This document shows, piece by piece, positions 27,982 to 37,181 of a stretch of 43,358 nt of DNA. How positions within the stretch are numbered: position 1 is the stretch's first letter; every line of letters starts with the position of its first letter. The DNA comes from a bacterium (GTDB lineage: Bacteria; Patescibacteriota; Microgenomatia; JAADGY01): positions 1 to 43,358 of the forward strand of contig JALVIH010000003.1 of assembly GCA_027028625.1 (NCBI GenBank), given 5' to 3'. Position numbers and translations under genes: made by a program. A model generated the notes under the pieces. The model was not told the DNA's origin, made no database searches, and was given only the letters and a program-made list of their open reading frames with translations.

Positions 27982-28114
27982 AAAGCTATTTTACTATTAG
28001 TCGTAATAATAGTCCAGTTGAAAAGTGCGAAGAATAGAATGAAATAACCGAAATCGAAGGTTGATAGGTGTGTGGATAAGATTGTGGAAAAATGTGGATA
28101 ATTGTGGACTAGCT
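27982..28114. other. Putative oriC (dnaA-dnaN intergenic region)
   Basis: DnaA boxes TGTGGATAA (28071, 28093), TGTGGAAAA (28083), TGTGGACTA (28103); AT-rich TAG-TCG-TAA-TAA-TAG trio-like tract near 27998-28012. Confidence 0.82.
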
Positions 28115-29452
28115 CTACTTCAGTAGGTTGCTTTTAATAGAGATTATTGCCTGGCGGATTTGGTTATCAGTTTTGAACAATTGATTGATTTTTTCCACAC
28201 TATGGATAACGGTAGAGTGATCTTTTCCACCAAAAATTCGACCAATCTGGGTGTAGGGAAGATTTAATTCTTGACGACAAAGATACATGGCGACCTGGCG
28301 GGCGGTGGCAATTTTGGACTGCCTTCCTTTTCCAAGGAGATCTTTCATCTTTACCCCCCAAAAAGAGGCCGTTGTTTTTATGACTTCCTTGGGGGTAAAT
28401 GAGGGGGTGGTCAGATGGTTTTTTCCCAACATCTGATTGAGGGTGGTTAGGGTAATCTGCTGGTGCTGAAGAGAAGACAGAGTTTTTAGTTTTAGAAGGA
28501 TGCCCTCTATTTCTCGGGCATTCTTAAAAGGGTAGTTGTTTAGCCACTCAATTATTTCACTGTCGAGAACCAATTGGAGTTCGCCAATCTTATACTCCAA
28601 AATGCCCCGTCGAGTTTCGTAGTCTAGGGGTTGGATGTCTATGGTCAGCCCCCCCTTAAAACGAGAGATTATCCTTTGGGGCATTCCGCTGATTTCGTCT
28701 GGTGGGCTGTCGGCGGTAACAATAACCTGTTTTCCGGCCATATACAATGAGTTAAAAGTGTGGAAAAATTCTTCTTGAACAAAAGTCTTTCCAGCAATAA
28801 ACTGAATATCATCAATAAGGAGAACGTCTATTTTGCGGTATTTGTTTTTATAAAACTCCATCTTTTGGTTGCGCAGGCCCCGAATAAGGTCGTTGGTAAA
28901 CTCTTCGGAGGTGGTGTAAAGAATTTTTGTCCTTGGGTTGTTGGCGATAAGTTGGTGGGCGATGGCTTGAATAAGATGGGTTTTGCCCAACCCGACATCG
29001 CCAAAAAGAAAAAACGGGTTGTAAATGGAGCCTGGGGAGTTGGCTATTGATTGGGCGGCAGCTACGGCCACCTGGTTGCTTGGGCCAACAACAAAGTTCT
29101 GGAAAGTATATGCCGGGTTGAGTTGGGGGTGGGAAGATGGGTGTGGTGGCGGTGTTTCTAGGTGTAATGGGCGAAAAAGGTTGTTGTTTATTGGTGGGCG
29201 GTCTGCCCTTACCTGAAAAGAAAAGGTTACTTGATTTGAAGTTAACTCCTGGCCAATTTTCTGCAGCTGCCCAAGGAAACGCTTTTCGATAGTGTCTTGA
29301 ACAAAACTGCTTGGGCAAGAGATTAAGAGGTGTATTCCGCCCCCACCCTTTTGAACATCGAGCTGTTTTGTTTTGGCGAACCAGATATTAAAACTGGCCG
29401 ATGAAAGAGTTGTTTTGAGGTGGGCCAGAATATTTTGCCAGAGATCATCCAT
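28115..29452 (-). CDS. dnaA: Chromosomal replication initiator
   Basis: YTFQNFVVG, YNPFFLFGDVGLGKTHL, LLIDDIQF, GGKDHSTVIHS; likely start MDDLWQ at 29452. Confidence 0.97.
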   Translation of the reverse strand: MDDLWQNILAHLKTTLSSASFNIWFAKTKQLDVQKGGGGIHLLISCPSSFVQDTIEKRFLGQLQKIGQELTSNQVTFSFQVRADRPPINNNLFRPLHLETPPPHPSSHPQLNPAYTFQNFVVGPSNQVAVAAAQSIANSPGSIYNPFFLFGDVGLGKTHLIQAIAHQLIANNPRTKILYTTSEEFTNDLIRGLRNQKMEFYKNKYRKIDVLLIDDIQFIAGKTFVQEEFFHTFNSLYMAGKQVIVTADSPPDEISGMPQRIISRFKGGLTIDIQPLDYETRRGILEYKIGELQLVLDSEIIEWLNNYPFKNAREIEGILLKLKTLSSLQHQQITLTTLNQMLGKNHLTTPSFTPKEVIKTTASFWGVKMKDLLGKGRQSKIATARQVAMYLCRQELNLPYTQIGRIFGGKDHSTVIHSVEKINQLFKTDNQIRQAIISIKSNLLK

Positions 29453-29492
29453 AAAACACACCCAAATAATTAGATGTAAATAATAAACCACG

Positions 29493-29524
29493 TTTTCCAC
29501 AAAAAGTCAAGATTTTGTGGATTG
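29493..29524. promoter_or_regulatory. DnaA boxes upstream of dnaA
   Basis: TTTTCCACA (29493-29501) and TGTGGATTG (29516-29524). Confidence 0.55.
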
Positions 29525-29528
29525 TTTA

Positions 29529-31187
29529 TTAAAGGGAGACCTTTTTGGCGAGAGGAAGAAACGATGTGTTTATAGTAGTTTTAAAAGGAGTTGGAAGAGG
29601 GGCGAAGACAACCTTTCTTTTGGTAGTTATATGGTCCAGCCCCAAAAGGGAAAGTGCTCGTTGGCTAAAAGAGGGGGTAAATGGCAAGAGAAGGGTGGCT
29701 AGGTTGGTGGCCAGGTAAGATGCGGTAGCCAAGGAGTCTTTGGCGGCGGCCGGAGAGGTTTTAATTTGTCGCCAAGGCTCCTCTTGGTTTAAGTAAAGAT
29801 TAGCTTTATTTGAGAGCTCAATGACCTCCTTGAAGGCTGACCCTAAAGAACAGGACTCCATCTTTTGATTGATTGAGGCGAACGTTTTGTGGATATGTTC
29901 GGCGATGGTCGGGTCGACATTCTCGACCAAAAGTTCGCCTCCAAAGAATTTTTTCTGGAAAAGGGCTACTCGTTGGAAGAAGTTGGCTACTTTGTCTACC
30001 AAAACTCCATTGATTGTTCGGACAAACTCTGTCCAGTACCAAGAAGATTCGTGGTTTTCTGGCAGGATAGAGAAGAGGTAAAAGCGAATCATATCAGGGT
30101 GATATTTCCTTCCCACCTCAAGAGAGTTAATAATAACCCCCCGACTTTTGGAGAACTTTTTTCCCTCTAGAGTGAGAAATTTATTTACACACTCTTGGTA
30201 AGGCAGGGTGTAGTTGTTTTTTTGGCCGATTAATTGGCCAGGCCAGAAGATGGTATGAAAAGCAAGGTTGTCTTGGCCCATAAAGTAATAATGCCGCGAG
30301 TTAGGGTTATGCCAAAATTCAGAAAAAAGACCGTTTTTTTCTTTCTTTTGGGCATATTCTTGAACTGCCGAGACATATCCAATAACAGCGTCAAACCAGA
30401 CATAAAAGCGTTTTTTATCCATATTCTTCAGTTGCCAAGAAGGGGGAATTTTGTTTTTTGGGAAAGGAATTCCCCACTCTAAATCTCGGCTTATGGGGCG
30501 GGGTTTTAATCCTTCTTTTAACCAACCCATTGTTTCTTGCCAGACCCAGGGTCGCCAATGTTTTGATTTAAGAACGAAGTCTTTTATTTCTTTTTCTAAT
30601 TTGGGATAGTCTAAGTAGTAGTGTTCGCTTTTTTTAAGGATTACTTTTTGGCCATCGAGTTTGCTGTGAGGATTAATGAGTTGGCCAGAATCTAGCACCC
30701 GACCGCAAACCTCGCACTGGTCGGCCCGCTGATTGGGGCTATGGCAATATGGGCATTCCCCCTCGACATAGCGGTCGGGAAGGAAGCGTTTTTGGCTAGG
30801 AGAATAATATTGGTAGTCCTCCTTTTTAAAAATATAGCCATTCTTAAGTAGTTTAAGAAAAAATTCTTGGACAATCTTTTGGTGATTTGGGGTTTGGGTG
30901 GTGGTAAAGATGTCGTAACTCAAATCGTAAAGTTTGATTAGTTCTTTAATTTGAGGTAGGTAAGTATCAATTAATTGTTGAGGAGAAAGATGGCGCTTTT
31001 CTGCCTCCACAGTTATAGGGGTTCCATGGCAGTCGGCTCCGGAGACCATCAGGACACGATGCCCTTTTAGTCTGGCCCAGCGAGCAAAGGCGTCGGCTGG
31101 GAGGAGGTAGCCGGCCAGATGACCAACATGAATTTCTCCGTTGACATAAGGCCAGGCAACCGCAACTAAGATATTCTGGGAAGGCAT
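29529..31187 (-). CDS. metG: Methionine--tRNA ligase without the C-terminal tRNA-binding domain
   Basis: AWPYVNGEIHVGH, GADCHGTPI, CPYC/CEVC knuckles, YVWFDA, KFSKS. Confidence 0.96.
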   Translation of the reverse strand: MPSQNILVAVAWPYVNGEIHVGHLAGYLLPADAFARWARLKGHRVLMVSGADCHGTPITVEAEKRHLSPQQLIDTYLPQIKELIKLYDLSYDIFTTTQTPNHQKIVQEFFLKLLKNGYIFKKEDYQYYSPSQKRFLPDRYVEGECPYCHSPNQRADQCEVCGRVLDSGQLINPHSKLDGQKVILKKSEHYYLDYPKLEKEIKDFVLKSKHWRPWVWQETMGWLKEGLKPRPISRDLEWGIPFPKNKIPPSWQLKNMDKKRFYVWFDAVIGYVSAVQEYAQKKEKNGLFSEFWHNPNSRHYYFMGQDNLAFHTIFWPGQLIGQKNNYTLPYQECVNKFLTLEGKKFSKSRGVIINSLEVGRKYHPDMIRFYLFSILPENHESSWYWTEFVRTINGVLVDKVANFFQRVALFQKKFFGGELLVENVDPTIAEHIHKTFASINQKMESCSLGSAFKEVIELSNKANLYLNQEEPWRQIKTSPAAAKDSLATASYLATNLATLLLPFTPSFSQRALSLLGLDHITTKRKVVFAPLPTPFKTTINTSFLPLAKKVSL

Positions 31188-31225
31188 ATCTCATTTTAAA
31201 TTATCGAATCTCGATTAGCAAACAA
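31185..31225 (-). promoter_or_regulatory. Leaderless promoter, copy 2 of the 41-bp duplication
   Basis: TTGCTA-17nt-TAAAAT-GAGAT-ATG(metG). Confidence 0.75.
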
Positions 31226-31228
31226 AGT

Positions 31229-31324
31229 TAGAACTAGGGGATTAATTTTTAACTGCCTGCCGGCAGGTAGGTTTAGGATTTATTCCTGTTTGGATTGCTT
31301 GGGGTTTTGGAAATTGGTTATTTA
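31229..31324. repeat. Short repeat mosaic C
   Basis: TAGAACTAGG, CTGCCTGCCGGCAGGTAGG palindrome, TTTAGGATTTATTCCTGTT (reverse complement of the 14972 module), AATTGGTTATTT. Confidence 0.75.
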
Positions 31325-31332
31325 ATAAAGAA

Positions 31333-31376
31333 GCGGGTGTTTTTACTGCCTGCCCTCACGAGAAAAAACACCCGCC
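31333..31376. other. Inverted repeat in the divergent metG/SpoIID intergenic region
   Basis: GCGGGTGTTTTT...AAAAACACCCGC with ACTGCCTGCC in the loop; a second palindrome TACGAGCC-G-GGCTCGTA at 31461-31477. Confidence 0.55.
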
Positions 31377-31507
31377 CCTTATTATAACAGATAAAGTCTT
31401 CCTTCTCTGTAGCACCCGCGTTAGATAATATTTTTTATTTCCCCAAAAAACAGATTTATGTACGAGCCGGGCTCGTAATTAATAATCCTCATAAGGTATC
31501 ATAAGGT

Positions 31508-33298
31508 ATGAGATTTAGACTGGTTTTGATGGGGTTATTGGTTCTTTTAGTTGTTCCGCTTTTTGCTTTGCCTAGTTGGGCCGATGAGATAGACGACCTT
31601 CAACAACAAATTGATAAGTTAAACCATCAACTGGAGATGAGCCGGCAAGCCACTAGACCCCTAGAATCTACTCTGGCTAATCTCCAGCGGCAAATAAACA
31701 ATGTTCGTTGGCAGCTTAATAAAGTTAAGGCCAGCCTTCACCAAGAAGCACTCCGACTTCAGAGTTTGGAAGAGAAGATAAAAGAAGAAGAAAAAGGGGC
31801 TGAGGAAATGAAGAAAAAACTTGATCAAGAAATAGTTTACAACTACCGCTTAAGCCGTAGTTTCTCCCCCCTTACCACTTTTCTTAGTTTTGGTTTTGAT
31901 AAAGATACTCTTTTGGCCATAAACCTTGAGCAGGGTTTTATTATCCTCACCCAGCGGCAAATTAAAACAATTTCTCGTCAACTAGTGACCATAAAAAGGA
32001 ATAAACAACAACTGGAGAAAGAAAGGGCAGAACTCCAAGAAAAAGAGAAACGCCTAGCGGCCGTGGAGAAAAATCTTGACGAACAGACCGCCTTTTATCA
32101 AAGAGAAATTAAAAAAGCTAAAGATTATCAAAAGACCCTCCAAGAAAAAATAGCCGAACTTTCCCGCCGCCAGAAGGAATTGTTGGCCCAAAAAACAGGA
32201 ATGTTTACTACTACAGTTGGAGAAGTTCCCTTAGTTGGAGACCCTCATGCCCGACCAGATTATGACCCCGGTTTCCACCCGGCCTTTGCTGCTTTTTCTT
32301 TTGGAGCCCCGCACCACAAAGGAATGAGCCAATATGGGGCTTTTGGCCGAGCTAAAAAAGGGCAAAATTATCAGGAGATTCTTAGGGCCTATTATGGTGA
32401 TGTTCGGTTGGAAACCGTTGATACTAACTTTAGTATCTCAACCGACCAAGGATTAAAGTCTTTTGAGAGTAATTATCTTAAAGGAATAGCCGAGATGCCA
32501 ACCAAATGGGCTGACGAAGGAGGTTTTGAGGCTCTTAAGGCTCAAGCAGTGGCCGCCCGCTCTTATGCTTTAGCCTATTTAGGTTGGCGAATGTCTAACC
32601 GCCATCTAAAAGGAACTATCTGTACTTCGGAACATTGTCAGGTTTATCGAAGTTCTAAAGCGGCCAACGCAGGCCGCTGGGGCGACGCTGTTGACCAAAC
32701 AAAGGGGCAGATTTTAGTCAGCAACAAAACGGGGGAGATAGTTAATGCTTGGTACTCCTCCACCTCCGGAGGTTATATGCAAACCTATTCTTCTCTTGGC
32801 CATTCCACCCCTGCTTTCTGGGATACTGAGTGCCACAACCAAAACTGTTGGCCGGATCAGGCCTACGAAAAGATAGGAGGATCGCCCTGGTTTTATAAGG
32901 GTTGGTATAAAGACAGGTCGGGGAAGAGTTGTGGCCGGAGCCACCCCTGGCTCACTCAAGATGAGATGGCTGACATCCTTAATGCGGCCATTGTTTTTCA
33001 AAACAATCCTGACAGCCAAAACCATATTTACCAAACCGACGGCTGCTTAGGTTCCAACCCCGATACCTGGTCTAAAGAGAGAATGGCCCAAGAAGCTGAC
33101 AAATATGGTGGAAGGGTGCGGTCGATTCAGAAAGTTGTTGTCAGATATTCTGGGGCCGGTTACACTTCTCAAGTGGAGTTTGAGACCAATCGGGGCCAGC
33201 TTAAATTTTCTGGAGATCTTTTTAAGCTTGTCTTTAATTTACGCGCCCCGGGAGCTATTCATATAGCTAGCCCCCTGTATAATATAGCCAGGAAATGA
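31508..33298 (+). CDS. Secreted coiled-coil + SpoIID/LytB-domain peptidoglycan lytic protein
   Basis: Signal peptide, about 200-aa coiled coil, GMSQYGA, EALKAQAVAARSYA, ICTSEHCQVY. Confidence 0.88.
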   Translation: MRFRLVLMGLLVLLVVPLFALPSWADEIDDLQQQIDKLNHQLEMSRQATRPLESTLANLQRQINNVRWQLNKVKASLHQEALRLQSLEEKIKEEEKGAEEMKKKLDQEIVYNYRLSRSFSPLTTFLSFGFDKDTLLAINLEQGFIILTQRQIKTISRQLVTIKRNKQQLEKERAELQEKEKRLAAVEKNLDEQTAFYQREIKKAKDYQKTLQEKIAELSRRQKELLAQKTGMFTTTVGEVPLVGDPHARPDYDPGFHPAFAAFSFGAPHHKGMSQYGAFGRAKKGQNYQEILRAYYGDVRLETVDTNFSISTDQGLKSFESNYLKGIAEMPTKWADEGGFEALKAQAVAARSYALAYLGWRMSNRHLKGTICTSEHCQVYRSSKAANAGRWGDAVDQTKGQILVSNKTGEIVNAWYSSTSGGYMQTYSSLGHSTPAFWDTECHNQNCWPDQAYEKIGGSPWFYKGWYKDRSGKSCGRSHPWLTQDEMADILNAAIVFQNNPDSQNHIYQTDGCLGSNPDTWSKERMAQEADKYGGRVRSIQKVVVRYSGAGYTSQVEFETNRGQLKFSGDLFKLVFNLRAPGAIHIASPLYNIARK

Positions 33299-34356
33299 AA
33301 AAAATAAACCTCATTTTTATCAGCCTAATCTTCCTTTTTTTATTGGTTCCAAAGTCCAGCCTGGCCAGTTATGGCGATGTTTGTAATCCGGATAACGCTG
33401 GTATTAAATATGATGATACTCAAGAAGGAAGGGTGGTAATTAATCAAGTGGATCCAAAAATAAAGGTAATAAACGTAAAACTTAAATGCGATGGTCAGAC
33501 TGTAAAAGTTATAGACAAACGATGTGCTGGTTCCTGCCAAATTGCAATTCAAACCGCTGGTTTAAAAGGTAATTGTAATATTTATACCCAGACAAAAACT
33601 CTAACGAGTGGTGGTGGTGGTATTAAAACCCGCAAATGTTCTATCCCAGTTCAAACAATAGTTCTTCAAGGAAAGTTGACCCCTGATTTTGATAAGTGTG
33701 GTGTTGTTGCCAGTCTTAACGCCCCAATTAATAATTATTCTCAATATCATGTGGTGGCTAGGTGTGAAGGGGGAGGGGTATATAATCTTAATGAGATTGA
33801 TGCTTCTTACGCTTCTGAGCATACGTATATTTTTAGCCTGCCACAATACCTAATCACTAATAATAATGGTTGCCCTCTTAGTGGTAAATGTTCTTTTTTC
33901 CTCCTCGATCCTCATGGAAATACTGTGGCTACGGCTGATGAACTTATCAAAGAAGCCGAGGCTCAAGACGAAAAAGCCCACCCCAATGATCCTTGCAGTC
34001 TTTTGAGTGGTAATGACCGGGTGGCCTGCCGCCAGTGTATGGGAACAGAGGACAACCCAACCAACAACGTCTGGACAGTTTTTGGCTGTATTAATATGGG
34101 CTCGTCAGGAAGCATCTTTAATTTTTTCTTTAACCTCCTTTCTTATATGGTTGGCGGCATCGCCGCTCTCCTTCTTATCTATGCCTCTTTCCTTTATATG
34201 ACCTCTGGAGGTGATAGCGAAAAAATTAAGCGGGCCCAGACCTTAATTACAGCCATTGTTTCTGGTATTCTCTTTATAATTTTTTCTATAATGATTATGC
34301 GTTTTGTAGGAATAACTCTTTTTGATTTACCAACTTTAAAAACAACTGGACAATAA
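33295..34356 (+). CDS. Cys-rich extracellular protein with a C-terminal VirB2/TrbC-like pilin domain
   Basis: Signal peptide, 14 Cys, WTVFGCI, LLIYASFLYMTSGGDSEKIKRAQTLITAIVSG. Confidence 0.8.
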   Translation: MKKINLIFISLIFLFLLVPKSSLASYGDVCNPDNAGIKYDDTQEGRVVINQVDPKIKVINVKLKCDGQTVKVIDKRCAGSCQIAIQTAGLKGNCNIYTQTKTLTSGGGGIKTRKCSIPVQTIVLQGKLTPDFDKCGVVASLNAPINNYSQYHVVARCEGGGVYNLNEIDASYASEHTYIFSLPQYLITNNNGCPLSGKCSFFLLDPHGNTVATADELIKEAEAQDEKAHPNDPCSLLSGNDRVACRQCMGTEDNPTNNVWTVFGCINMGSSGSIFNFFFNLLSYMVGGIAALLLIYASFLYMTSGGDSEKIKRAQTLITAIVSGILFIIFSIMIMRFVGITLFDLPTLKTTGQ

Positions 34357-34365
34357 GGAGGCAAG

Positions 34366-34701
34366 ATGGACGGGGGAGTTTGGCAAGGAATCGATTATAA
34401 TAACTCAACTCTTTTTAAGGGGTTGACCGGGAAATTAGGGAGGTTGGGAGTGTCTGGGAATGGATACCAGGGGGCTCCAGCAGCCATCGTTAACCTCATT
34501 ATTCCCTATATTCTAGTCTTGGCCGGCTTGATTCTTTTTGCTACCATCCTTATTGCTGGCTACAATATGTTAACTTCCTTTGGGGATGAGAATAAGATTA
34601 ATTCAGCCAAAAAAATGCTGACCAATGCGGCTATAGGTTTTGGAATAATCTTTATTTCCTACTGGTTGCTCTTACTTGTTAAGACTATCTTCGGAATGTA
34701 G
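34366..34701 (+). CDS. VirB2/TrbC-like pilin (CPR type)
   Basis: LAGLILFATILIAGYNMLTSFGDENKINSAKKMLTNAAIG; AGGAGG SD. Confidence 0.85.
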   Translation: MDGGVWQGIDYNNSTLFKGLTGKLGRLGVSGNGYQGAPAAIVNLIIPYILVLAGLILFATILIAGYNMLTSFGDENKINSAKKMLTNAAIGFGIIFISYWLLLLVKTIFGM

Positions 34702-35099
34702 CTCAAAGGTTCGTTGGGCTGGTTGGCCAACTGGCGGCGAAGAACCACTCTTACCCGGGAACCAAATCTTACCTCTCTTGGCTTAGTCTCTGCCCCAAAA
34801 GGAAGAGTGAGATAAAGGGGATAAATTTTATTTTTCCATTCTACTTTCAACCTGACTACAGCCACAATCTGCAGCCAACGCTTTATCTCTTCTTCTTTTT
34901 CTAAACTTAAGGGGTAGTAACTAAAGGAGACAACCCCTCCTTGAAGGTTCAAGAGTGATTTCTGAATTTTTTCCAGAGGTCGGCCACAGTGAGGACAGTA
35001 TTTTCCTTGATGCCAAAAAGCTAGTTGGCAGGAGGAGCAAATCTGAAGTTCATTAAAGCTTTGATGCCAGCGTTTATTCGCCGCAGGTTGATTATTCAT
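34659..35099 (-). CDS. DUF35-like Zn-ribbon/OB-fold protein (thiolase-HMGS scaffold)
   Basis: CSSC...CPHC followed by an OB-fold (GSRVRVVLRR); GGAGG SD before ATG 35099; follows the thiolase. Confidence 0.82.
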   Translation of the reverse strand: MNNQPAANKRWHQSFNELQICSSCQLAFWHQGKYCPHCGRPLEKIQKSLLNLQGGVVSFSYYPLSLEKEEEIKRWLQIVAVVRLKVEWKNKIYPLYLTLPFGAETKPREVRFGSRVRVVLRRQLANQPNEPLSYIPKIVLTSKSNQ

Positions 35100-36243
35100 T
35101 TTTGCCTCCTCTCCATAAAGAAAGAAAGACCGTTCCTCCCGAGCCACCAACATTGTGGGTTAAGGCCGTTTGTACCCCCTTAACCTGGCGGCGCCCAGCC
35201 TGGCCGGTCAGTTGGTAATAGACCTCAGCCAGTTGTTTTACTCCAGTGGCCCCAATAGGGTGGCCGCAGGCCTTCAATCCTCCTGAGGTGTTAATGTAAG
35301 GATAACCTGATGGAGGTTGGCGGTGCTGCCAGTAATAAGCATAAAACTTTTTCAGTTCTTTTTTGGAAACTAAACCCAGATCGACCACAGCCATAGCCTC
35401 GGCAATAGTAAAGCAGTCGTGGAGCTCGACTAGATCTATCTCTTGAGGCTTAATCTTGGTTTGTTGGTAAAGTTGTTTGGCCGCCTGGCGGCTAGCCGGC
35501 AGGCCATTCAAGGAATAGTTTAGGTGAGGAGTGTTTGGACCACTAGCTAGGCTAGCGCCTAAGAGTTGGGGGCTGTTTTTAGCTGGCGAGCGGCTTAGCC
35601 AAACTGCCGCCGCCCCGTCAGTAATAGGTGAGCAATCAAACAAACTCAAAGGATAAGCAACTACATCTCCTTGTTGATATGTTTTTTTATCGATCTCCTT
35701 AGGAAACTGGGCTTGAGGATTAAGAGAGGCGTAATAGTGGTTCTTGGCAGCGATATGAAAGAGAGTCTCTCGTCTTATCCACTTCTTTTTTAACCAATAA
35801 TTAGCGTAGAGGGCGTAACTGGCTGGAAAAGGGATTTGAAAAACAACATCGGTATCACTATTTCCAGCGGTAGAAAGGGCAGCAGTGATGTCTGGGGTGG
35901 AGTAATCTGTCATCTTTTCTACCCCAACTACTAAGACATCTTTGTAGCCCCGGCTTTTAAGTAGTTGAATGGCTGTCCAGACAGCTACGCCCCCTGAGGC
36001 ACAGGCGGCCTCAACTCGGAAGGCAGGAACATTTAATCCCCACCGTTGGGACAAGACTGCTCCCAGCTGCGACTGTTTGTCCAAAAGTTGGCTAAACATA
36101 TTTCCCACAACTAAAGCCTGGATGCGTTTTAAGTCCAAACCTTGTTTGACTACTCCAGCTACGGCCTCATCGGCCAGATCTAGTAGGCCTTTAGAGTAAT
36201 GTTCTCCAAACTTAGTGTAGCTGGCGGCTCGAAGGTAGATCAT
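35092..36243 (-). CDS. Acetoacetyl-CoA thiolase, archaeal/SCP2 type
   Basis: RVEAACASGG, GVEKMTD, ELHDCF, GHPIGATG, HNVGG. Confidence 0.93.
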   Translation of the reverse strand: MIYLRAASYTKFGEHYSKGLLDLADEAVAGVVKQGLDLKRIQALVVGNMFSQLLDKQSQLGAVLSQRWGLNVPAFRVEAACASGGVAVWTAIQLLKSRGYKDVLVVGVEKMTDYSTPDITAALSTAGNSDTDVVFQIPFPASYALYANYWLKKKWIRRETLFHIAAKNHYYASLNPQAQFPKEIDKKTYQQGDVVAYPLSLFDCSPITDGAAAVWLSRSPAKNSPQLLGASLASGPNTPHLNYSLNGLPASRQAAKQLYQQTKIKPQEIDLVELHDCFTIAEAMAVVDLGLVSKKELKKFYAYYWQHRQPPSGYPYINTSGGLKACGHPIGATGVKQLAEVYYQLTGQAGRRQVKGVQTALTHNVGGSGGTVFLSLWRGGKNE

Positions 36244-37181
36244 ATTTTCTCCAACAGAAGGGCTATAGCCCCAGCCCCAGAACCAAAACTAAGTAAAAGA
36301 ATTTTTTCTCCTTTTCTTAATTCTTCTTGTTTTAGTGCTCCTTGAACCATCACTGAAGCGGTGTAGGGATTACCATTTTTATCAGCTATTAATGGCTCAA
36401 CCTGGCGAGGGGTAAAACCTAATTTTTTGGCTAGCCGCTGAGGAAACTTCATATTTGGGGCGTGGATAGCTACTTTAGCTATTTGGTCGGCTTTTAAGGA
36501 AAGAGTAGAACTTAGTTGGATGTAGGCTTTTTCTAAATGGTGGAAGTAGGCCGGCTGGCCAGTAAAGCGTCCGCCATGAGCCGGGTAAGGGCTCAGTTGA
36601 TGGCGGAAGAAGTCAGGGGTATCGGTAATAAAACTGCTGGCAGCTATAAACCTCAAGGCTCCATCTGTGGCTTGTTGGCCGATCAGCCAGGCCGAGGCAG
36701 CCGCTGAGGCTGACAAAGATAAAATATCTCCGGGTTTAGCTTGGGCCGTATCTGCTCCGATAGCCAAACCATAATCAATGCTCTTATTCTGGACAAACTC
36801 GGCGATGATGATGGCCGCCTCTAATCCAGCGCGGCAAGCGAACTCCAGATCAGCCCCAAAGATTGTTGGTGGCAGATTGAGAAAGTTTTTGAGTAAAGTA
36901 ACTGCCGGCTTAACAGCATATGGAGGGCTCTCCGAACCAAAATAAAGAGCTCCAATTTTCTCCTCGAATCCTTGAACTATAGGGGAGGCGGCTTGCCAGG
37001 CAAGAGTGAGGCTGTCCTCGTCCAAAGCAGGAATGGTTTTTTCTTCTATTCCAAGAGATCTGCCAGGATTAGTTAACCACCCTTGTTTTTTGGCTAACTT
37101 TTTAATTGGGGTCTTCTGGCGAGGAAAGGCAACTCCGGTTTTAAGGAGATAAACTTGATTAAAGTGGATTAGTGGTTTCAT
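36240..37181 (-). CDS. mvaS: Hydroxymethylglutaryl-CoA synthase, archaeal type
   Basis: DEDSLTLA, GSESPPYAVKP, DLEFACRAG, HGGRFTGQPAYF, SFGSGAG; start at 37181 is ATGA-coupled to HMGR. Confidence 0.92.
   Translation of the reverse strand: MKPLIHFNQVYLLKTGVAFPRQKTPIKKLAKKQGWLTNPGRSLGIEEKTIPALDEDSLTLAWQAASPIVQGFEEKIGALYFGSESPPYAVKPAVTLLKNFLNLPPTIFGADLEFACRAGLEAAIIIAEFVQNKSIDYGLAIGADTAQAKPGDILSLSASAAASAWLIGQQATDGALRFIAASSFITDTPDFFRHQLSPYPAHGGRFTGQPAYFHHLEKAYIQLSSTLSLKADQIAKVAIHAPNMKFPQRLAKKLGFTPRQVEPLIADKNGNPYTASVMVQGALKQEELRKGEKILLLSFGSGAGAIALLLEKI

Noticed and set aside
29453-29500. 16-codon N-terminal extension of DnaA from GTG 29500
   Set aside because: The GTG lies in a DnaA box in the promoter region; MDDLWQ at 29452 matches typical DnaA N-termini
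31490-31509. Tandem CATAAGGTAT x2 at the SpoIID start
   Set aside because: Only two copies, and the junction forms the -10 (TATCAT); not enough to call a separate element
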